DNA of 64,000 nt from Candidatus Marinacidobacterales bacterium (GTDB lineage Bacteria > Acidobacteriota > Vicinamibacteria > Marinacidobacterales > DATDRI01), in contig OZ245365.1 in the NCBI GenBank assembly GCA_965226495.1, forward strand, positions 185,403 through 249,402. The letters are read 5' to 3'. The position numbers and the translations under genes are program-made. How positions within the stretch are numbered: position 1 is the stretch's first letter; every line of letters begins with the position of its first letter. A model generated the notes under the pieces. It did not search any database and was not told the origin of the DNA. It worked only from the letters and a program-made list of their open reading frames with translations. Below are positions 16,387 to 25,579 of this stretch, one piece after another.

Positions 16387-16393
16387 GACTGCC

Positions 16394-16717
16394 CTAGTCG
16401 TTCTCGCCCTTTACCTCGTGCTCCTTGTGCATGTACTTGATGTTGTGCTTGAAGATGAGAATGTTGGGCTTGTCGATGCGGTTCACTTTGAGACAGTGCC
16501 GGTCGTACCACTCGATAACCCCTCTGAGTTCTTCTCCATCTTGCAGTACCAGCACCATAGGGGTCTTGCTGTTCATCTGTTTGATGTAGTAGAAGCTCTC
16601 CGCGTTGGTCTGCTCCGGGGGGACCGGCTTTCGGCGCGCCGGCTTGGACGACATCTGATCCTTGATGTCCGCTAGGTTGGGACGAATCAGCTTTCGATTC
16701 ACGGTTCCTCGGTCCAT
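16394..16717 (-). CDS. Sm/Hfq-fold-like small RNA-binding protein (tentative)
   Basis: FYYIKQMNSKTPMVLVLQDGEELRGVIEWYDRHCLKVNRIDKPNILIFKHNIKYM has an Sm1/Sm2-like pattern. The ATG at 16717 is preceded by AGGAAA. Confidence 0.45.
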   Translation of the reverse strand: MDRGTVNRKLIRPNLADIKDQMSSKPARRKPVPPEQTNAESFYYIKQMNSKTPMVLVLQDGEELRGVIEWYDRHCLKVNRIDKPNILIFKHNIKYMHKEHEVKGEND

Positions 16718-16932
16718 CTGTTTTCCTGCTAGAAAAATTGGCGCGCTCGCGCAGAGAAGACACGACACCCCCGAGGGCAGGCCGATTCTGCACGTTATTC
16801 AGGTAAGAGCGGCCCTCGGACGGTTGTGAACCCGCCGGTTTCTTTTACCGGACTAGATCCTGCCGAGTTGTAATCTGAAGATCGCCAACAGATTGCGGGG
16901 AGTCTAGCACCAAGCCTGGGAGGGCGCAAGTG

Positions 16933-17997
16933 TCAAAGTTGAGAGGGCCGCGAAGTAGAAACACGCGGGCGAGCTCGCGAACCCAGCGTTAGGAACAGGC
17001 GTTCGAGTGTGATTCGTTTGTTCGCGTAACGTACCTCGAGATCCTGGAGAGATTGTTCGGCCAGGACGAAGGCCTCGAGCCAGGTCTCGAGCCCAACACG
17101 CGAAGCGAGGACGCCGAGCTCTTCGCTGCGATCTGAAGCCAGGATGGAACCCTGCTCACCGCTTGCGATGCAAGAAAGATCGCGGAGGACGCCGACCAGC
17201 AATCGCACGATACCGACCAGCGATTTGTGCTTGGCGAGCCGATCGGCCCGTGCGAACAAATCTGCCCGTCCGGGGGCGTCTGCCAACATATGGGCCACCT
17301 CCAGGGCCTCGCCGCGTAACTCGACCAGTTCGTCGGTCTTTGCAGCCAGTGCGCTGGCGAGGCTCCCCCCCGAGCCCGAAGACGCCAGGTTCGCATCTTC
17401 CGCTGAAAACCCGTGTTGCGAGACGAGGATGTCTGTAATTTCCTCTTGGAGCAGGGGGAGGAAGCGAATCTTCTGGCAACGGGAAAGTAGCGTGGGGAGT
17501 ATGGCGGCTTCATGTGAAGTGAGCAGCACGAGCACGATCCAAGACGGTGATTCCTCCAATGTCTTGAGCAGCGTGTTGGCGGCAGTGGGGTTCATCCGGT
17601 CGGCTGCCTCGATGATGGTGACACGCTTCCGGCCTTCGAAGGGTCGGAAGGGGCTTTCGCTTACCACCTGTCGGACGGCTTCCGCTTTGATCTGCCCTCC
17701 GGCTCCTTCCGGCGCAATGCGCCGCACGTCCGGGAAGCTTCCCGATTCGATGCGCCGGCAGGCGGGGCATTCATTGCAGGCGTCATAAGCACCGGGCGCA
17801 CCGGGGGCCTCGTCTCCGCCTCCGCCATCAAGGGCCCGCTTGCAATTGAGCGCTTTGGCGAGGTTCATGGCAGCTTCGAGCTTTCCGACGCCGTCGGGTC
17901 CGCTGAAGAGCAAGCTCGACGGGACCTGGCCACGGGCCACCATCTTTTTCAGGCGATCGATCGCCGAACGGTTTCCGACTATTTGCGAGAAAGACAT
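16933..17997 (-). CDS. holB: DNA polymerase III delta' subunit
   Basis: LLFSGPDGVGKLEAAMNLAKALNC is followed by the zinc module CNECPACRRIESGSFPDV and VTIIEAADRMN. Confidence 0.85.
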   Translation of the reverse strand: MSFSQIVGNRSAIDRLKKMVARGQVPSSLLFSGPDGVGKLEAAMNLAKALNCKRALDGGGGDEAPGAPGAYDACNECPACRRIESGSFPDVRRIAPEGAGGQIKAEAVRQVVSESPFRPFEGRKRVTIIEAADRMNPTAANTLLKTLEESPSWIVLVLLTSHEAAILPTLLSRCQKIRFLPLLQEEITDILVSQHGFSAEDANLASSGSGGSLASALAAKTDELVELRGEALEVAHMLADAPGRADLFARADRLAKHKSLVGIVRLLVGVLRDLSCIASGEQGSILASDRSEELGVLASRVGLETWLEAFVLAEQSLQDLEVRYANKRITLERLFLTLGSRARPRVSTSRPSQL

Positions 17998-18058
17998 TTT
18001 TTGGGGGCGCGCAGCTTGCAGAGATCGAATTAGCTTCTGCGTTCGGTCGTCCGGTTCA

Positions 18059-18742
18059 TCACAACCGGCCCAAACGAGACAATCGAGGGGTCAGTCGTTT
18101 CCAGATGTCCTCGTGAATCTGGAGTCGATTGCCAGTGGCAGGCACCACCACGAAGCGCCGTTTCTCCTGGCGGGCGAGTTGGAGATATCCCTTACGGACC
18201 TTGCGGTGGAACTCGAGACGCTCGAGTTCGAACCGACCCTGAGTGCGGCTCTGACGGGTTCTCCGGTTGCGAACCCGAGCACGACGCAGACCGTGTTCCG
18301 GCGGCAGATCGAGTAGGACCGTAAACCGAGGGCGAAACTCGCCGGTCATCAACCGATCGAATGAGCGAATCAACCGGCGTGACAAACCTCGCGCGTATCC
18401 CTGGTAAGCGATGCTCGAATCGGTGAATCGATCCGTGATCACAATCCGGCCCTCGTCGAGCGCCGGACGGATGACCTCTTCGAGATGTTGGGCACGATCG
18501 GCGAAGTACAGTGCCAACTCGACCTCCGGCACCATCCGATGGTGGGCCGGGTGCAAGAGAACCTTCCGTATCTCTCGGCCGATCTGCGTGCCTCCAGGTT
18601 CTCGCGTCATGAGGCAGGAGCGGCCGCCACTCTCCAGTCGCTTTGATAGGAGCTTGGCTTGAGTCGATTTGCCGCAACCCTCTATCCCCTCGAAGCTGAT
18701 CAGATAACCCAGGCGTCTCGTCAAACCCTGACAAATTATCAC
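18059..18742 (-). CDS. tmk: thymidylate kinase
   Basis: It has the P-loop ISFEGIEGCGKSTQ, TREPGGTQIGREIRKVLL and a DRF motif. Confidence 0.9.
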   Translation of the reverse strand: MIICQGLTRRLGYLISFEGIEGCGKSTQAKLLSKRLESGGRSCLMTREPGGTQIGREIRKVLLHPAHHRMVPEVELALYFADRAQHLEEVIRPALDEGRIVITDRFTDSSIAYQGYARGLSRRLIRSFDRLMTGEFRPRFTVLLDLPPEHGLRRARVRNRRTRQSRTQGRFELERLEFHRKVRKGYLQLARQEKRRFVVVPATGNRLQIHEDIWKRLTPRLSRLGRL

Positions 18743-18862
18743 AGGCTGCTCGGCGCCTCAACCCGCCTACGCACCGTGAATGCATTTGAGCTACGGCGCG
18801 GCAAGCGAGCGACTCACCCGGCGCGGACGCTATAATCACGACCATCCCACGGAGGCAAGGCG

Positions 18863-19618
18863 ATGATCGCATTAGAAGGCAAGGTGGCGCTGGTAACGGG
18901 TGGTTCTCGAGGAATCGGAGAGGCCATCGCGGTTTCGTTGGCGGCGGCGGGAGCCAGTGTGGCTGTGAGTTATGCAACGCAGCGTGAAAAGGCGGAAGAC
19001 GTGGTCCGACGTATCGAGGCCAAGGGAGGCCGCGCGATCGCTCTCCAGGCTGATGTGGTTCAGGAGAATGCCGTCCGGGAGATCGTCGCCCAGACGGAGT
19101 CGCAACTTGGGCCGCTCGATGTGGTGGTTGCCAACGCGGGGATCTGGAAGAAGGCGGTTCTCCCCGAGATGACCCTTGATGAGTGGGACGAGACTCTAGA
19201 TACGAATCTCAAAGGAGTGTTCCTCACCACCAAGCATGCGGCCCGCGTGATGATCGCCCGTAGATCCGGCCGCCTCGTTCTCATCTCTTCGACTTCCGGT
19301 CAGAGAGGCGAGGCATTCTATTCCCATTACTCTGCGTCCAAAGGGGGCATTATCAGTTTGACGAAGTCGCTGGCGCTCGAGCTGGCTCCGCACGGGATCT
19401 TGGTGAACTGCGTCGCCCCCGGGTGGGTGGTAACGGATATGACTACCGAGACGTTTTCGTCGCCCGAACGCGCGGCGGTGGAGGCGACGATACCGCTTCG
19501 CCGGCCGGGAACGCCCGACGAGATTGCGGGGGCAGTCGTGTTTCTGGCCTCGGAGCTGGCGACATACATCACAGGGGAAATACTAAACGTTAATGGAGGT
19601 TCGGTGTTGGTGGGCTAA
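18863..19618 (+). CDS. short-chain dehydrogenase/reductase, FabG-like
   Basis: It has TGGSRGIGEAIA, NAG and the catalytic YSASKGG. Confidence 0.85.
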   Translation: MIALEGKVALVTGGSRGIGEAIAVSLAAAGASVAVSYATQREKAEDVVRRIEAKGGRAIALQADVVQENAVREIVAQTESQLGPLDVVVANAGIWKKAVLPEMTLDEWDETLDTNLKGVFLTTKHAARVMIARRSGRLVLISSTSGQRGEAFYSHYSASKGGIISLTKSLALELAPHGILVNCVAPGWVVTDMTTETFSSPERAAVEATIPLRRPGTPDEIAGAVVFLASELATYITGEILNVNGGSVLVG

Positions 19619-19656
19619 CCCGCCTTCGCCAAGGCTTCGGCGCGGCAGGCTTTGGT

Positions 19657-20787
19657 TTAGACGAGCATTCCGCTCACCATGGCCACGTACCTATGCGCGG
19701 AGTTCAGCAGGAGCGCGCTGGCCAAGGCGACCGGCTGGCTCTTGTCGGTGATGAGGGCCAGACCCTCGCCCGTCTCCGGGATGCACTTCACGATCAAATA
19801 GAAGTTCTCAGTACTCAGGGAGAGCGTTTCCACATGGTCCTCGTCTTTCATGGAAGCGAGGTTCTCCAAGTACTTCACGAACGCGGGTAACTTTTCGATG
19901 ATGAGCTGCTCTTCGGTCTCCTTGGGAAACTCCACTTGCTCTAATTCGATTTCCTCGGTGCTGAGGTTGAAGAAGAAGGATGCCAGCATGGAGGGGGTCT
20001 GCTCACGGATGGCGGAGAGAACTTTCTTTTGGAGCGGTTTTCTGTCGACAATCTTCGCCCTCGGTTGGGCCGCTTCTGGCTCTGCAACCGGCTCCGGGGC
20101 CGGCGCACTCTCCGAGGTAGACTCCCGTGGCCGTTGTTGCTCGAGAATCTCATGGAGACGGCTGGACCTAGCCCGTTGCGTTTCGTGGCGAGCTTTCCAA
20201 ATGTTCGACGAGAACTCGGACTGGAAGACCCGGGCTGAAGTTTCAGGCGCGTCTAGGGCTTCAAAGACCTTGTTCATGGCTTCGCCCTTCTCGAAGGTAA
20301 CGCCGCCAGTGGTTTCGAAGTAGCCGTTCGAGAATCGGCCCCGCACCAGCAAGATCATTCCCGTGCCCTTGCTGGTAATAACCTCTAAGGAGCCAGTATG
20401 CCCGTCTTTTTCCAACTTGGAGAGGAGATCCCGGAGGGGCTGTGACGCGAAGATCTGCCCGAAGATCTCCTGGCGGTTGGAAAGGCCCCTCAGCATGTGA
20501 GCCATGTCTAGCGGCAATTCGTAGACCGAGACCTTGGCCTCTTTCAGGCTTGCTGCGTTTCTCAATTTGAGCATGGCCTCATTGGAAACGGAGATTTCGT
20601 TTCCGGCGCGATAGATGATGTTGATTTGCTCTCCTAGGTAAAACAGGATCAGTCCTTCGGCGTCACCAAAAGCGATCTCCATATAGCCGGAGAGGTTAAC
20701 GTCCTCACACTGCCTCGTGACGCTCTCGAGGGGAGTGGTCTCGGTCGACAAGTTTTCGGAAAGCAGCTTACTGCCCGGGAAACGCAT
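19657..20787 (-). CDS. hypothetical protein with DUF4388/PATAN-like repeats (tentative)
   Basis: 376 aa. It has two units of the type GxLEV...G.G.I.L..G..., a central Pro/Glu linker and a Roadblock-like C-terminus. The assignment is weak. Confidence 0.4.
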   Translation of the reverse strand: MRFPGSKLLSENLSTETTPLESVTRQCEDVNLSGYMEIAFGDAEGLILFYLGEQINIIYRAGNEISVSNEAMLKLRNAASLKEAKVSVYELPLDMAHMLRGLSNRQEIFGQIFASQPLRDLLSKLEKDGHTGSLEVITSKGTGMILLVRGRFSNGYFETTGGVTFEKGEAMNKVFEALDAPETSARVFQSEFSSNIWKARHETQRARSSRLHEILEQQRPRESTSESAPAPEPVAEPEAAQPRAKIVDRKPLQKKVLSAIREQTPSMLASFFFNLSTEEIELEQVEFPKETEEQLIIEKLPAFVKYLENLASMKDEDHVETLSLSTENFYLIVKCIPETGEGLALITDKSQPVALASALLLNSAHRYVAMVSGMLV

Positions 20788-20859
20788 TAGTGGAAGTGTA
20801 GCAGAGGCTTCCGAGGTCCAGCAACAGAAACGAGAAGGGTCGGTCCGGGCCTCACGTTA

Positions 20860-20892
20860 CCCTCACCCTGGCCCTCTCCCAAAGGGAGAGGG
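20860..20892 (+). repeat. REP-like GC-rich palindromic element, copy 2
   Basis: The sequence is ccctcaccc-tgg-ccctctccc-aaa-gggagaggg. It lies in the 300-nt gap downstream of the kinase gene. Confidence 0.7.
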
Positions 20893-21087
20893 AGTCGAGG
20901 AAGGAAGCCATCATCCATTGCCTCACCCGCCGTCTGACAATGTTGTCGTTGGCACCCCGTATTTAGACGGCCGACTCCCCAGGGGGAGCTATACCCTTTT
21001 ACGTAAGCTGAGTGGTGTGGGTGGCTTGACCCACCGCCTCCAGCCCCGCGAGAAGATGCCGCTCGGTCCCGACGATTCCGAGTGTTG

Positions 21088-23976
21088 TCAGTTGGCCGGA
21101 ACGAGCCGCCTCAACTCCTCGAACCAGTTGAGGACCACGTTGAGTTGCCTCGGTCGCGTCGATTGTTCTAACGCCTCGATCATCACGAATCGCTGCCCGT
21201 CGGGCGAGACGTCGTAGTTGGCACCAAACGAATTTGGTGCATAGTTTCCCTCGAACAAAACGACCGGCTTGGAGGCGATAAAAATTGGATCCGTCTCGTA
21301 CGGGACCACCATCAACTTGTCGTCGGCTCGATAGAAGAGTTCTGCCCTCCGAGGGGACCACACCGGTTCCGTCCCACCTTCGGTCGAAACCAGCCACTTG
21401 CCGGCGAGGTCGGGGAAGGCCTGCACGTAGACTTCCGACTGACCCGACTCATCTGAGGTATACGCTAGCCACCGCCCATCGGGCGACAGCTTCGGGTGCT
21501 GCTCCTGCCACGGAGCCTGAAGCAAGAGCTCTGGTTTCCCGCCTCCCTCGATGGGAAGCACGCCGATATCCGTACCCGCGCCTCCATGTAATTGCACGAA
21601 GACCAGCACCTCGCCATCCGATGACCAGGAGGCAGGGCTCAGGCCCTTATCGTTTTCGGGCGGTGTCAGCTGGCGCACTTCGCGAGTGCCATCACTCCGC
21701 TTTATGAAGATGTCGGAAATGCTGCTGCTGCCGCTGCGGCCCTTAGCAAACGCCATCTGTCCTCCGTCAGGGGCCCACACTCCGTAAGCACCGGAATCGA
21801 ACGTTAGGCGGGCTAAAGTGCCTCGCGCCAACTCATAGATCCAAATGTCCCTGGTTCCTTCCTCACTGTCAACGTTGAGAGCCAACCGCTGGCCATCCGG
21901 AGAGAAGCGAGGCAGCGAATAGCCCCCAGGCGCCTCGATTAGATTTCGAGATAGCCCTTGGCGATCGACCGACACCAACGCGTGCTCCGGCGTGAGGCTC
22001 GCAGAGCCTGTCACGTAGACCAACCTCCCGTTGCGCGAAGAGCTGAAGTTCACAGCGCCGCCGCTCTTGGTGAACACACCCTCCAAAACTGGAACGGGAT
22101 CACCAGTGACGGCAAGCCTGTCAAGGTCGAACGGTACCGCCCACAACGTCTCGTCGACGCCGTACACGACGTGTCCAGTGGGCACGTAATGCGGATTGCT
22201 GCCATTCTCAATGACGACGTTCTGATCACCATTTTCAAGCGAAAGTACGGCAATCCGGTTGCTTTCGGGCGTGAGGATGTTGAAGAGGATGGCGTCTCCG
22301 CCGGGCAGGAACTCCGGCCAAGCATGATCCATTTCGCCCCGCTCCGCATCAACGGTCGTCAACTCGTCCGGCTCGCCCCCAGCTGCCGCGACCCGTAACA
22401 ATCCCTTGCTCGCGAACGTCGAGAACACGATCGTGTCATCAGGCCCCCAACTTACGCCCTGGAGCGCCGAGTTCCACTGACAAATCGTCACAGATCCCCC
22501 GCCAAGGACGGAGACCTTTTTAAGGTTGTCGTTGTCGCTCCCGGCACTCACCTGGAACCCAACCCACTCCCCGTCGGGTGAGAAGAACGGGCTGCGCGCA
22601 CGCTCGCTACCGAGGAGAGGCGTGGCTACGAACTGATCCAGGTCGCGGACGTAGAGGTGCCGACCCTCGTTACCACCAGTGCTGGTTAAATAGACAATGC
22701 GCGTGCCGTCAGGGGAGAACGCCACGTCCTGATGAGCATCAGTCAGTTGCAACGATCCTTCCGGTGGCGTTGTCACGACAAACCGAGCGGGAGCAGGAGG
22801 TGGGGGCGATGGTTTGAAATTCCACACGGCAACACCGATGAGGGTACCTGCTACCGCCAAGGTGGCGAGCGCCAATGGTATGGCCCGCCGCCAAAACGCG
22901 CGCTCGGAAATTCCTGTTGGCAACGAACCGCCTTCAGCGATCCACGTCAACTCGTCTCTCAGGTCATGGGCAGAGTGCCACCGATCCTCGGGGTCCTTGG
23001 CCAGACATTTCGCAACGACCCGATCCAGCGTCGGAGGGATCACCGGCCGGAGGTTCGAGATCGTGGGAGGCTGGGAGTCCAAAATCGCCGCGAGGAGGCT
23101 GGCCTGACTCTTGCCTTCAAACGCTCGACGGCCCGTCACCATTTCGTAAAGCACGGAACCAAAGGCAAAGATGTCCGTGCGCGCATCGACTTTCTCGCCC
23201 TCGACTTGTTCCGGGGCCATGTACTGCAACGTGCCAACAATCGCACCTTCTCGTGTCATTTTGGTCGCGGTTGCGGCGTCAAGGTCGAGCTTGGAAGGGT
23301 CGGGTATCAGCTTCGCCAATCCAAAATCCAGAAGCTTCGCACCCGATTTTGTCAGCATGACGTTGCCGGGCTTCAGGTCTCGGTGCACCACGCCGTGACG
23401 GTGTGCTTTATCGAGCGCGTCCGCGATCTCGATTCCATACTGCAGTGCTTGGTCCAAACGGAGCGCGCCCTTGGCGAGTCGCTCTGCCAGCGTCTCTCCC
23501 TCGATGTGCTCCATTACTAAGAAGTCGACTCCGTTTTCTTGGCCGACGTCGTAAAGTGTGCAGATGTGGGGGTGGTTCAGTTGAGAGATCGTGCGGGCCT
23601 CGCGCTCGAACCGTTCTCGGGCCTGAGGGTTTCCGGCGACATGAGACGGGAGCACCTTGACGGCAACCGTGCGATCGAGTCGCGTGTCGGTGGCTTCGTA
23701 GACTTGGCCCATCCCGCCCGCACCAATGAGGCGAACGAGTTTGTAGTGGCCGAGTTCGGTTCCGGGCGCGAGTTCCATGCTATCTACCACGGGGGTGTAA
23801 TCGAGAAAGCCCTTCGCTTCTGCCTCTTCATGATTGGCCAGTAGCTCTTCGACCCGCTCTCGTAGCGCATCTTGTCCCGAGCACGCTTCGTCCAAGAAAG
23901 CGGCCCGCTCTCCTTTAGGGCGCTCGAGCGCGGCTTCGAGCAAGGCTGCGATACGCTCCCAAGAGTCCGGCTTCAA
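21088..23976 (-). CDS. Ser/Thr protein kinase fused through one TM to a TolB-like PD40/WD40-like beta-propeller region
   Basis: Hanks kinase motifs are HRDLKPGNVML, DFGLAK and GTLQYMAPE. The TM is AIPLALATLAVAGTLIGVAVW. Repeated F(S/F)PDG..(L/I)(A/V)(F/Y) PD40-like units follow. Confidence 0.9.
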   Translation of the reverse strand: MKPDSWERIAALLEAALERPKGERAAFLDEACSGQDALRERVEELLANHEEAEAKGFLDYTPVVDSMELAPGTELGHYKLVRLIGAGGMGQVYEATDTRLDRTVAVKVLPSHVAGNPQARERFEREARTISQLNHPHICTLYDVGQENGVDFLVMEHIEGETLAERLAKGALRLDQALQYGIEIADALDKAHRHGVVHRDLKPGNVMLTKSGAKLLDFGLAKLIPDPSKLDLDAATATKMTREGAIVGTLQYMAPEQVEGEKVDARTDIFAFGSVLYEMVTGRRAFEGKSQASLLAAILDSQPPTISNLRPVIPPTLDRVVAKCLAKDPEDRWHSAHDLRDELTWIAEGGSLPTGISERAFWRRAIPLALATLAVAGTLIGVAVWNFKPSPPPPAPARFVVTTPPEGSLQLTDAHQDVAFSPDGTRIVYLTSTGGNEGRHLYVRDLDQFVATPLLGSERARSPFFSPDGEWVGFQVSAGSDNDNLKKVSVLGGGSVTICQWNSALQGVSWGPDDTIVFSTFASKGLLRVAAAGGEPDELTTVDAERGEMDHAWPEFLPGGDAILFNILTPESNRIAVLSLENGDQNVVIENGSNPHYVPTGHVVYGVDETLWAVPFDLDRLAVTGDPVPVLEGVFTKSGGAVNFSSSRNGRLVYVTGSASLTPEHALVSVDRQGLSRNLIEAPGGYSLPRFSPDGQRLALNVDSEEGTRDIWIYELARGTLARLTFDSGAYGVWAPDGGQMAFAKGRSGSSSISDIFIKRSDGTREVRQLTPPENDKGLSPASWSSDGEVLVFVQLHGGAGTDIGVLPIEGGGKPELLLQAPWQEQHPKLSPDGRWLAYTSDESGQSEVYVQAFPDLAGKWLVSTEGGTEPVWSPRRAELFYRADDKLMVVPYETDPIFIASKPVVLFEGNYAPNSFGANYDVSPDGQRFVMIEALEQSTRPRQLNVVLNWFEELRRLVPAN

Positions 23977-23994
23977 ATGACTCGCCTCTTGACC

Positions 23995-25101
23995 TCACCG
24001 TAGAGCCAAGCTCGGGCGGCACGCAATCCCCTCTTTACGGGAGTTAACGACATGGCCAGCCCTTTGAGCGTGAAAATAGCCCTGCACGGGCTGAAAAGTC
24101 AATGAGTACGCGGGCGCAGGCTCGCGCGCCTGGTCCGCTCCACCGCGATGACGCTCCATTACGTCGGTTCCGTACTCGCAATCCGCCAGATACTGGTTGT
24201 GTGTGGGACAAATCATCCGGATGTTCTCGGGACTGTGGTCTCCGCCGCGGGCATAGGGATCGTCGTGGTGGAATTGCAGTGCCTTCCGCTCGTTGCAGCG
24301 TCTACCTTGTGCGTCTACGAACGTGCAGCGATTTTCGTCCCGATCGCTCACCGCGCGCCTTACCGGGGCCGGGATGTAGCGTGAAGACGGCGAAGTGTCG
24401 GTGTCTTTGAGATCCCGTCTCGGCGCCCGCGTCCTACCGTAGCGCCTCGACTCCAACCTCTCCAGCTTCTCAGTGACAGCCTCTTCAATGATCGCGGCCA
24501 GGTCGCCTTCCGGCATGAGGCCACGCAGGCGCTCGATCTTGTCTTTCAGCTCCGTACTGGCCGTGAATTGGATTTTGTAGCGGGCAGGTGCGAGGGGCTC
24601 AACCGGCCTCAGCGCCGTGGCCTTTGGTAACACTACTGCGTCCGGGCGCAGTTGGGCGGGCGCGGGAAGCTTGCGTATCTTGGGCGCAACATCGGGCTTC
24701 GGCGCAACCTCTGCCACCAGCTCTTCGATCTTCGCCTTGGACTTGTGCGCCGCGCGCGGCAAAACGGTGTCCCGGTTCGCCTCCGTGAGGTGGGGCGAAA
24801 GCTTGGCGGCACCGGTCAGATGAATACGCCCGTCCTCGAGCATTTTCAAAAGCTCCGGGTGTCTTCGGGATGCGCGCGCGACTCGGATGCGGAGATAGGC
24901 CTCGGCTTCCGACATGTGTAAGACCTCGGTGCAGTAGGTAAACATCGAGGAACAAGCTTCCCGTGCGTAGAGGCGCCGCTCATCTACCTCAGCAATATGC
25001 GCGACCAACTCTGACTCGACGCGTCGCGATTCTTCTACCAGCCCTGACAAGCGGCGGAGTAGCTCGTCATCCGAAATCGATTTCAATATCTGGCTAAACA
25101 T
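23995..25101 (-). CDS. HNH endonuclease domain protein (DUF222/13E12-like)
   Basis: The C-terminal CTFVDAQGRRCNERKALQFHHDDPYARGGDHSPENIRMICPTHN is an HNH motif. Confidence 0.8.
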   Translation of the reverse strand: MFSQILKSISDDELLRRLSGLVEESRRVESELVAHIAEVDERRLYAREACSSMFTYCTEVLHMSEAEAYLRIRVARASRRHPELLKMLEDGRIHLTGAAKLSPHLTEANRDTVLPRAAHKSKAKIEELVAEVAPKPDVAPKIRKLPAPAQLRPDAVVLPKATALRPVEPLAPARYKIQFTASTELKDKIERLRGLMPEGDLAAIIEEAVTEKLERLESRRYGRTRAPRRDLKDTDTSPSSRYIPAPVRRAVSDRDENRCTFVDAQGRRCNERKALQFHHDDPYARGGDHSPENIRMICPTHNQYLADCEYGTDVMERHRGGADQAREPAPAYSLTFQPVQGYFHAQRAGHVVNSRKEGIACRPSLALR

Positions 25102-25579
25102 GTGCCGACCCTCCTAAGCACCAATATAACAACGTACTTTTCTTGGCCTTGAGATGACGTGAGTCGGAAGGAACGCGCTTTGACGACGTTTTTGTCTCGA
25201 AGATTGTAGGCGTTGACTAGAGCGTCAACGTCAGCTCGAGGGATGGCGCTGCGAAAGCATCAAAGAAGCTAGGAAAATTTGTTGCGGGATCTTGTCAAGA
25301 GAAAACCCAAATTTTTTTCTTGGAGGGACCTTGGGGGACATCGTTCAGTTGGCACGAGCGTCGAGGCGCCGAATCCCTTCCTCGCGTGCCACACGATAGG
25401 CCTGCGCGTATTCTTCCTCGTAGAGTCGGCGGTGGATCTCGGGGTAGCGTTCCGTTTTGCCCGCCGGGTAGGCGTGGACGCGTTCGGCGTCGAGCTCTCG
25501 AGTTCCATAAAGGCTGCCTCATGGTTCCTCCGGGAGGTCGAAGTCGTTGAGCGCTAAGTATATCCGACGGGGAGGAGGC

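Noticed and set aside
16383-16397. The CTAGG-actgc-CCTAG inverted repeat between the convergent smpB and Sm-like genes.
   Set aside because: The stem is only 5 bp and is formed largely by the two stop codons (TAG and CTA), so it is probably coincidental.
23995-25101. The HNH (DUF222-like) gene as a mobile homing element.
   Set aside because: There are no flanking repeats, no intein or intron context and no associated transposase. It looks like a stand-alone chromosomal gene.
25212-25229. The CGTTGAC-tagagc-GTCAACG inverted repeat in the HNH/cNMP intergenic region, as a possible operator.
   Set aside because: It is a single 7-bp inverted repeat with no second copy and no adjacent regulator gene. 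That is insufficient to call a binding site.
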